Positions 54,201 to 64,000 of a stretch of DNA of 64,000 bases are shown one piece after another. The translations under genes and the position numbers were made by a program. The notes beneath the pieces are model-generated. The model was not told the origin of the DNA. It worked only from the letters and a program-made list of their open reading frames with translations, and did not search any database. Numbering within the stretch: position 1 is the stretch's first letter; each line of letters opens with the position of its first letter. Source of the stretch: Hormiphora californensis (taxonomy: Eukaryota; Animalia; Ctenophora); the NCBI GenBank assembly GCA_020137815.1, contig CM035358.1, positions 1,302,001 through 1,366,000 on the forward strand. Reading direction: 5' to 3'.

Positions 54201-57200
54201 TACTACTATCAGATGGCTTGGTAGATTTAGAAACCTCTGTCACAGGAGAAGTTGTGGGAATCACTGGCAAACTTGAAGTGGTATCAAGAGTTACATCGGA
54301 CGATTTTGTCGTCTTCTTCGAAGAAGATTCAGTGACCAATGTTTTTGAAGAATCGCGTCCAATCTCAACACTTGAGCTCGACTCCGACCTAGCTGATGAT
54401 CCTGTTCCTGACGAGCTGATTGTCGATGGAACAGACGCACTAGAAGTTGTGACTACCACAGGCGAAGAAGTCCTCGACGTCGTGGTATAGCTCAGCGATC
54501 GATCCGGAGAAGAAGTTTTATAGCTTGTTGAGAAGCTACTTACCGTACTTTCGGTACTTGGAGTCATAGTTGGAATGGTCGAATCTACGCTCGTCTTCTT
54601 TCTCTTCTCAGGGTCAATGGAATCAGTCTGGACTGAAGAGGCCGTACTTCTAGAAGTCTCTGAAACTCGAGAACTACCACTTGAACCTTCACTGGTTGAT
54701 TTGGACCGTGTTCGATCTGAAACAGTCGAGCTACTTTCAGCAGTAGTACGATCTTGCGGCGCAACAGTCCTAGTTCTATCCTTTTCGTCAGATGTTTTGG
54801 AAATCGAACTCTTGGTGCTGTCTGTTTTAGGTGTAACAGTAGGAATCGTTGAATCAACGGTTGATGTTTTCTCTTTGACTGTGCTGGCAGCTGCATCACT
54901 AGTTTCACTGGTCTTTGTGCTGAACGTAGATGGTTCAGGCTGACTGGCAGAACTGGTGGGAGTTGTAGTCCGACCGGTACCCGGTGTTCGATCGTCAGAC
55001 GATCTGGTTGTCGCCTTAGATGAAACAGAAGACACCGTACTTGGGATGCTGACGCTGGTGGAAGAATCGGTCGAGGTAATGGTTGGCACAAGTCGGGTAG
55101 TTTCATCCACAGTCGAGCTTACAACAGTTCTAGAACTAGAACCAGACACTTCAGAAGTGCTTGTCTTGGTGACCAAAGTACTACTATCAGATGGCTTGGT
55201 AGATTTAGAAACCTCTGTCACAGGAGAAGTTGTGGGAATCACTGGCAAACTTGAAGTGGTATCAAGAGTTACATCGGACGATTTTGTCGTCTTCTTCGAA
55301 GAAGATTCAGTGACCAATGTTTTTGAAGAATCGCGTCCAATCTCAAAACTTGAGCTCGACTCCGACCTAGCTGATGATCCTGTTCCTGACGAGCTGATTG
55401 TCGATGGAACAGACGCACTAGAAGTTGTGACTACCACAGGCGAAGAAGTCCTCGACGTCGTGGTATAGCTCAGCGATCGATCCGGAGAAGAAGTTTTATA
55501 GCTTGTTGAGAAGCTACTTACCGTACTTTCGGTACTTGGAGTCATAGTTGGAATGGTCGAATCTACGCTCGTCTTCTTTCTCTTCTCAGGGTCAATGGAA
55601 TCAGTCTGGACTGAAGAGGCCGTACTTCTAGAAGTCTCTAAAACTCGAGAACTACCACTTGAACCTTCACTGGTTGATTTGGACCGTGTTCGATCTGAAA
55701 CAGTCGAGCTACTTTCAGCAGTAGTACGATCTTGCGGCGCAACAGTCCTAGTTCTATCCTTTTCGTCAGATGTTTTGGAAATCGAACTCTTGGTGCTGTC
55801 TGTTTTAGGTGTAACAGTAGGAATCGTTGCATCAACAGTTGTTGTTTTCTCTTTGACTGTGCTGGCAGCTGCATCACTAGTTTCACTGGTCTTTGTGCTG
55901 AACGTAGATGGTTCAGGCTGACTGGCAGAACTGGTGGGAGTTGTAGTCCGACCGGTACCCGGTGTTCGATCGCCAGACGATTTGGTTGTCGCCTTAGATG
56001 AAACAGAAGACACCGTACTTGGGATGCTGACGCTGGTGGAAGAATCGGTCGAGGTAATGGTTGGCACAAGTCGGGTAGTTTCATCCACAGTCGAGCTTAC
56101 AACAGTTCTAGAACTAGAACCAGACACTTCAGAAGTGCTTGTCTTGGTGACCAAAGTACTACTATCAGATGGCTTGGTAGATTTAGAAACCTCTGTCACA
56201 GGAGAAGTTGTGGGAATCACTGGCAAACTTGAAGTGGTATCAAGAGTTACATCGGACGATTTTGTCGTCTTCTTCGAAGAAGATTCAGTGACCAATGTTT
56301 TTGAAGAATCGCGTCCAATCTCAACACTTGAGCTCGACTCCGACCTAGCTGATGATCCTGTTCCTGACGAGCTGATTGTCGATGGAACAGACGCACTAGA
56401 AGTTGTGACTACCACAGGCGAAGTAAGTCCTCGACGTCGTGGTATAGCTCAGCGATCGATCCGGAGAAGAAGTTTTATAGCTTGTTGAGAAGCTGCTGCT
56501 ACTTACCGTACTTTCGGTACTTGGAGTCATAGTTGGAATGGTCGAATCTACGCTCGTCTTCTTTCTCTTCTCAGGGTCAATGGAATCAGTCTGGACTGAA
56601 GAGGCCGTACTTCTAGAAGTCTCTGAAACTCGAGAACTACCACTTGAACCTTCACTGGTTGATTTGGACCGTGTTCGATCTGAAACAGTCGAGCTACTTC
56701 AGCAGTACGATCTTGCTGGCTCAACAGTCCTAGTTCTATCCTTTTCGTCAGATGTTTTGGAAGTCGAACTCTTGGTGCTGTCTGTTTTAGGTGTAACAGT
56801 AGGAATCGTTGAATCAACGGTTGATGTTTTCTCTTTGACTGTGCTGGCAGCTGCATCACTAGTTTCACTGGTCTTTGTGCTGAACGTAGATGGTTCAGGC
56901 TGACTGGCAGAACTGGTGGGAGTTGTAGTCCGACCGGTACCCGGTGTTCGATCGCCAGACGATTTGGTTGTCGCCTTAGATGAAACAGAAGACACCGTAC
57001 TTGGGATGCTGACGCTGGTGGAAGAATCGGTCGAGGTAATGGTTGGCACAAGTCGGGTAGTTTCATCCACAGTCGAGCTTACAACAGTTCTAGAACTAGA
57101 ACCAGACACTTCAGAAGTGCTTGTCTTGGTGACCAAAGTACTACTTTCAGATGGCTTGGTAGATTTAGAAACCTCTGTCACAGGAGAAGTTGTGGGAATC

Positions 57201-60200
57201 ACTGGCAAACTTGAAGTGGTGTCAAGAGTTACATCGGACGATTTTGTCGTCTTCTTCGAAGAAGATTCAGTGACCAATGTTTTTGAAGAATCGCGTCCAA
57301 TCTCAACACTTGAGCTCGACTCCGACCTAGCTGATGATCCTGTTCCTGACGAGCTGATTGTCGATGGAACAGACGCACTAGAAGTTGTGACTACCACAGG
57401 CGAAGAAGTCCTCGACGTCGTGGTATAGCTCAGCGATCGATCCGGAGAAGAAGTTTTATAGCTTGTTGAGAAGCTACTTACCGTACTTTCGGTACTTGGA
57501 GTCATAGTTGGAATGGTCGAATCTACGCTCGTCTTCTTTCTCTTCTCAGGGTCAATGGAATCAGTCTGGACTGAAGAGGCCGTACTTCTAGAAGTCTCTG
57601 AAACTCGAGAACTACCACTTGAACCTTCATTGGTTGATTTGGACCGTGTTCGATCTGAAACAGTCGAGCTACTTTCAGCAGTACGATCTTGCGGCTCAAC
57701 AGTCCTAGTTCTATCCTTTTCGTCAGATGTTTTGGAAGTCGAACTCTTGGTGCTGTCTGTTTTAGGTGTAACAGTAGGAATCGTTGAATCAACGGTTGAT
57801 GTTTTCTCTTTGACTGTGCTGGCAGCTGCATCACTAGTTTCACTGGTCTTTGTGCTGAACGTAGATGGTTCAGGCTGACTGGCAGAACTGGTGGGAGTTG
57901 TAGTCCGACCAGTACCCGGTGTTCGATCGCCAGACGATTTGGTTGTCGCCTTAGATGAAACAGAAGACACCGTACTTGGGATGCTGACGCTGGTGGAAGA
58001 ATCGGTCGAGGTAATGGTTGGCACAAGTCGGGTAGTTTCATCCACAGTCGAGCTTACAACAGTTCTAGAACTAGAACCAGAAACTTCAGAAGTGCTTGTT
58101 TTGGTGACCAAAGTACTACTATCAGATGGCTTGGTAGATTTAGAAACCTCTGTCACAGGAGAAGTTGTGGGAATCACTGGCAAACTTAAAGTGGTATCAA
58201 GAGTTACATCGGACGACTTTGTCGTCTTCTTCGAAGAAGATTCAGTGACCAATGTTTTTGAAGAATCTCGTCCAATCTCAACACTTGAGCTCGACTCCGA
58301 CCTAGCTGATGATCCTGTTCCTGACGAGCTGATTGTCGATGGAACAGACGCACTAGAAGTTGTGACTACCACAGGCGAAGAAGTCCTCGACGTCGTGGTA
58401 TAGCTCAGCGATCGATCCGGAGAAGAAGTTTTATAGCTTGTTGAGAAGCTGCTGCTACTTACCGTACTTTCGGTACTTGGAGTCATGGTTGGAATGGTCG
58501 AATCTACGCTCGTCTTCTTTCTCTTCTCAGGGTCAATGGAATCAGTCTGGACTGAAGAGGCCGTACTTCTAGAAGTCTCTGAAACTCGAGAACTACCACT
58601 TGAACCTTCACTGGTTGATTTGGACCGTGTTCGATCTGAAACAGTCGAGCTACTTCCAGCAGTACGATCTTGTGGCTCAACAGTCCTAGTTCTATCCTTT
58701 TCGTCAGATGTTTTGGAAGTCGAACTCTTGGTGCTGTCTGTTTTAGGTGTAACAGTAGGAATCGTTGAATCAACGGTTGATGTTTTCTCTTTGACTGTGC
58801 TGGCAGCTGCATCACTAGTTTCACTGGTCTTTGTGCTGAACGTAGATGGTTCAGGCTGACTGGCAGAACTGGTGGGAGTTGTAGTCCGACCGGTACCCGG
58901 TGTTCGATCGCCAGACGATTTGGTTGTCGCCTTAGATGAAACGGAAGACACCGTACTTGGGATGCTGGCGCTGGTGGAAGAATCGGTCGAGGTAATGGTT
59001 GGCACAAGTCGGGTAGTTTTATCCACAGTCGAGCTTACAACAGTTCTAGAACTAGAACCAGACACTTCAGAAGTGCTTGTCTTGGTGACCAAAGTACTAC
59101 TATCAGATGGCTTGGTAGATTTAGAAACCTCTGTCACAGGAGAAGTTGTGGGAATCACTGGCAAACTTGAAGTGGTATCAAGAGTTACATCGGACGATTT
59201 TGTCGTCTTCTTCGAAGAAGATTCAGTGACCAATGTTTTTGAAGAATCGCGTCCAATCTCAACACTTGAGCTCGACTCCGACCTAGCTGATGATCCTGTT
59301 CCTGACGAGCTGATTGTCGATGGAACAGACGCACTAGAAGTTGTGACTACCACAGGCGAAGAAGTCCTCGACGTCGTGGTATAGCTCAGCGATCGATCCG
59401 GAGAAGAAGTTTTATAGCTTGTTGAGAAGCTACTTACCGTACTTTCGGTACTTGGAGTCATAGTTGGAATGGTCGAATCTACGCTCGTCTTCTTTCTCTT
59501 CTCAGGGTCAATGGAATCAGTCTGGACTGAAGAGGCCGTACTTCTAGAAGTCTCTGAAACTCGAGAACTACCACTTGAACCTTCACTGGTTGATTTGGAC
59601 CGTGTTCGATCTGAAACAGTCGAGCTACTTTCAGCAGTAGTACGATCTTGCGGCGCAACAGTCCTAGTTCTATCCTTTTCGTCAGATGTTTTGGAAGTCG
59701 AACTCTTGGTGCTGTCTGTTTTAGGTGTAACAGTAGGAATCGTTGAATCAACGGTTGATGTTTTCTCTTTGACTGTGCTGGCAGCTGCATCACTAGTTTC
59801 ACTGGTCTTTGTGCTGAACGTAGATGGTTCAGGCTGACTGGCAGAACTGGTGGGAGTCGTAGTCCGACCGGTACCCGGTGTTCGATCGCCAGACGATTTG
59901 GTTGTCGCCTTAGATGAAACAGAAGACACCGTACTTGGGATGCTGACGCTGGTGGAAGAATCGGTCGAGGTAATGGTTGGCACAAGTCGGGTAGTTTCAT
60001 CCACAGTCGAGCTTACAGCAGTTCTAGAACTAGACCCAGACACTTCAGAAGTGCTTGTCTTGGTGACCAAAGTACTACTATCAGATGGCTTGGTAGATTT
60101 AGAAACCTCTGTCACAGGAGAAGTTGTGGGAATCACTGGCAAACTTGAAGTGGTATCAAGAGTTACATCGGACGATTTTGTCGTCTTCTTCGAAGAAGAT

Positions 60201-63200
60201 TCAGTGACCAATGTTTTTGAAGAATCGCGTCCAATCTCAACACTTGAGCTCGACTCCGACCTAGCTGATGATCCTGTTCCTGACGAGCTGATTGTCGATG
60301 GAACAGACGCACTAGAAGTTGTGACTACCACAGGCGAAGAAGTCCTCGACGTCGTGGTATAGCTCAGCGATCGATCCGGAGAAGAAGTTTTATAGCTTGT
60401 TGAGAACCTACTTACCGTACTTTCGGTACTTGGAGTCATAGTTGGAATGGTCGAATCTACGCTCGTCTTCTTTCTCTTCTCAGGGTCAATGGAATCAGTC
60501 TGGACTGAAGAGGCCGTACTTCTAGAAGTCTCTGAAACTCGAGAACTACCACTTGAACCTTCACTGGTTGATTTGGACCGTGTTCGATCTGAAACAGTCG
60601 AGCTACTTTCAGCAGTAGTACGATCTTGCGGCGCAACAGTCCTAGTTCTATCCTTTTCGTCAGATGTTTTGGAAGTCGAACTCTTGGTGCTGTCTGTTTT
60701 AGGTGTAACAGTAGGAATCGTTGAATCAACGGTTGATGTTTTCTCTTTGACTGTGCTGGCAGCTGCATCACTAGTTTCACTGGTCTTTGTGCTGAACGTA
60801 GATGGTTCAGGCTGACTGGCAGAACTGGTGGGAGTTGTAGTCCGACCGGTACCCGGTGTTTGATCGCCAGACGATATGGTTGTCGCCTTAGATGAAACAG
60901 AAGACACCGTACTTGGGATGCTGACGCTGGTGGAAGAATCTGTCGAGGTAATGGTTGGCACAAGTCGGGTAGTTTCATCCACAGTCGAGCTTACAACAGT
61001 TCTAGAACTAGAACCAGACACTTCAGAAGTCCTTGTCTTGGTGACCAAAGTACTACTATCAGATGGCTTGGTAGATTTAGAAACCTCTGTCACAGGAGAA
61101 GTTGTGGGAATCACTGGCAAACTTGAAGTGGTATCAAGAGTTACATCGGACGATTTTGTCGTCTTCTTCGAAGAAGAATCAGTGACCAATGTTTTTGAAG
61201 AATCGCGTCCAATCTCAACACTTGAGCTCGACCCCGACCTAGCTGATGATCCTGTTCCTGACGAGCTGATTGTCGATGGAACAGACGCACTAGAAGTTGT
61301 GACTACCACAGGCGAAGAAGTCCTCGACGTCGTGGTATAGCTCAGCGATCGATCCGGAGAAGAAGTTTTATAGCTTGTTGAGAAGCTACTTACCGTACTT
61401 TCGGTACTTGGAGTCATAGTTGGAATGGTCGAATCTACGCTCGTCTTTTTTCTCTTCTCAGGGTCAATGGAATCAGTCTGGACTGAAGAGGCCGTACTTC
61501 TAGAAGTCTCTGAAACTCGAGAACTATCACTTGAACCTTCACTGGTTGATTTGGACCGTGTTCGATCTGAAACAGTCGAGCTACTTCCAGCAGTACGATC
61601 TTGCGGCTCAACAGTCCTAGTTCTATCCTTTTCGTCAGATGTTTTGGAAGTCGAACTCTTGGTGCTGTCTGTTTTAGGTGTAACAGTAGGAATCGTTGAA
61701 TCAACGGTTGATGTTTTCTCTTTGACTGTGCTCGCAGCTGCATCACTAGTTTCACTGGTCTTTGTGCTGAACGTAGATGGTTCAGGCTGACTGGCAGAAC
61801 TGGTGGGAGTTGTAGTCCGACCGGTACCCGGTGTTCGATCGCCAGACGATTTGGTTGTCGCCTTAGATGAAACAGAAGACACCGTACTTGGGATGCTGAA
61901 GCTGGTGGAAGAATCTGTCGAGGTAATGGTTGGCACAAGTCGGGTAGTTTCATCCACAGTCGAGCTTACAACAGTTCTAGAACTAGAACCAGACACTTCA
62001 GAAGTGCTTGTCTTGGTGACCAAAGTACTACTATCAGATGGCTTGGTAGATTTAGAAACCTCTGTCACAGGAGAAGTTGTGGGAATCACTGGCAAACTTG
62101 AAGTGGTATCAAGAGTTACATCGGACGATTTTGTCGTCTTCTTCGAAGAAGATTCAGTGACCAATGTTTTTGAAGAATCGCGTCCAATCTCAACACTTGA
62201 GCTCGACTCCGACCTAGCTGATGATCCTGTTCCTGACGAGCTGATTGTCGATGGAACAGACGCACTAGAAGTTGTGACTACCACAGGCGAAGAAGTCCTC
62301 GACGTCGTGGTATAGCTCAGCGATCGATCCGGAGAAGAAGTTTTATAGCTTGTTGAGAAGCTACTTACCGTACTTTCGGTACTTGGAGTCATAGTTGGAA
62401 TGATCGAATCTACGCTCGTCTTCTTTCTCTTCTCAGGGTCAATGGAATCAGTCTGGACTGAAGAGGCCGTACTTCTAGAAGTCTCTGAAACTCGAGAACT
62501 ACCACTTGAACCTTCACTGGTTGATTTGGACCGTGTTCGATCTGAAACAGTCGAGCTACTTCCAGCAGTACGATCTTGCGGCTCAACAGTCCTAGTTCTA
62601 TCCTTTTCGTCAGATGTTTTGGAAATCGAACTCTTCGTGCTGTCTGTTTTAGGTGTAACAGTAGGAATCGTTGAATCAACGGTTGATGTTTTCTCTTTGA
62701 CTGTGCTGGCAGCTGCTTCACTAGTTTCACTGGTCTTTGTGCTGAACGTAGATGGTTCAGGCTGACTGGCAGAACTGGTGGGAGTTGTAGTCCGACCGGT
62801 ACCCGGTGTTCGATCGCCAGACGATTTGGTTGTCGCCTTAGATGAAACAGAAGACACCGTACTTGGGATGCTGACGCTGGTGGAAGAATCGGTCGAGGTA
62901 ATGGTTGGCACAAGTCGGGTAGTTTCATCCACAGTCGAGCTTACAACAGTTCTAGAACTAGAACCAGACACTTCAGAAGTGCTTGTCTTGGTGACCAAAG
63001 TACTACTATCAGTTGGCTTGGTAGATTTAGAAACCTCTGTCACAGGAGAAGTTGTGGGAATCACTGGCAAACTTGAAGTGGTATCAAGAGTTACATCGGA
63101 CGATTTTGTCGTCTTCTTCGAAGAAGATTCAGTGACCAATGTTTTTGAAGAATCGCGTCCAATCTCAACACTTGAGCTCGACTCCGACCTAGCTGATGAT

Positions 63201-64000
63201 CCTGTTCCTGACGAGCTGATTGTCGATGGAACAGACGCACTAGAAGTTGTGACTACCACAGGCGAAGAAGTCCTCGACGTCGTGGTATAGCTCAGCGATC
63301 GATCCGGAGAAGAAGTTTTATAGCTTGTTGAGAAGCTGCTGCTACTTTCCGTACTTTCGGTACTTGGAGTCATAGTTGGAATGGTCGAATCTACGCTCGT
63401 CTTCTTTCTCTTCTCAGGGTCAATGGAATCAGTCTGGACTGAAGAGGCCGTACTTCTAGAAGTCTCTGAAACTCGAGAACTACCACTTGAACCTTCACTG
63501 GTTGATTTGGACCGTGTTCGATCTGAAACAGTCGAGCTACTTCCAGCAGTACGATCTTGCGGCTCAACAGTCCTAGTTCTATCCTTTTCGTCAGATGTTT
63601 TGGAAGTCGAACTCTTGGTGCTGTCTGTTTTAGGTGTAACAGTAGGAATCGTTGAATCAACGGTTGATGTTTTCTCTTTGACTGTGCTGGCAGCTGCATC
63701 ACTAGTTTCACTGGTCTTTGTGCTGAACGTAGATGGTTCAGGCTGACTGGCAGAACTGGTGGGAGTTGTAGTCCGACCGGTACCCGGTGTTCGATCGCCA
63801 GACGATTTGGTTGTCGCCTTAGATGAAACAGAAGACACCGTACTTGGGATGCTGACGCTGGTGGAAGAATCGGTCGAGGTAATGGTTGGCACAAGTCGGG
63901 TAGTTTCATCCACAGTCGAGCTTACAACAGTTCTAGAACTAGAACCAGACACTTCAGAAGTGCTTGTCTTGGTGACCAAAGTACTACTATCAGATGGCTT
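45789..64000 (-). CDS. Upstream coding unit: mucin-like S/T repeat region, short Cys motif, Ig domains and tectonin-like propeller repeats (5' end lies beyond 64000)
   Basis: Giant ORFs 56699-63979 and 52180-56415. Downstream exons include 51027-51146 (VTLECGATGSPLP), 49740-50002 (AGQYTCVAQN), ~49020-49196 (VVVGPGNILYVVDISGQVWTREGVKW) and 45789-46044. Confidence 0.8.
49991..50986 (-). repeat. 33-bp minisatellite (~30 copies) made of a duplicated 3' splice site
   Basis: Minus-strand unit YTGACACCCCTCTATTTCCTAG|GAAACCAAATG; the last copy runs into the exon ending at 50002. Confidence 0.92.
51230..51295. repeat. (GA)n microsatellite
   Basis: Directly visible, intronic. Confidence 0.95.
52975..64000 (-). 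repeat. Coding tandem repeat, ~975-981 bp (~326 aa) unit, about 11 near-identical copies plus one truncated copy; Ser/Thr-rich mucin-like
   Basis: The unit recurs almost verbatim (e.g. EKRKKTSVDSTIPT once per unit). Variants are mostly in-frame 3-6 bp indels and single substitutions. The exon donor is at 52198-52199. Confidence 0.95.

Noticed and set aside
53084-63909. Repeated + strand Val/Leu-rich ORFs and alternative-frame MKLPDLCQP ORFs
   Set aside because: Shadow frames of the mucin repeat.

Overview
Eukaryotic animal genomic DNA, very probably a ctenophore (Pleurobrachia/Hormiphora-like). That assignment rests on a 41-nt match, from memory, to the ctenophore spliced leader and on the many ~100-bp GT-AG introns. 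The minus strand carries a very large multi-exon gene or gene pair for an extracellular protein. From 64000 down to ~45789 it encodes a >11-kb Ser/Thr mucin-like exon (~326-aa repeats), then Ig domains and tectonin-like beta-propeller repeats. From 41836 down past position 1 it encodes a signal peptide, Ig domains, tectonin-like repeats and a long hemicentin-like Ig/TSP1 array. The introns are full of mobile DNA: a near-intact L2/CR1-group LINE whose 5' end is the spliced-leader exon, a non-autonomous RTE-like retroposon with a 16-bp TSD, three Helentron/HINE-like elements nested inside one another, and hAT- and Tc1/mariner-type MITEs. Several minisatellites are tandem copies of splice sites, including ~30 copies of one 3' splice site. 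Exon coordinates were read by eye and domain counts are approximate.
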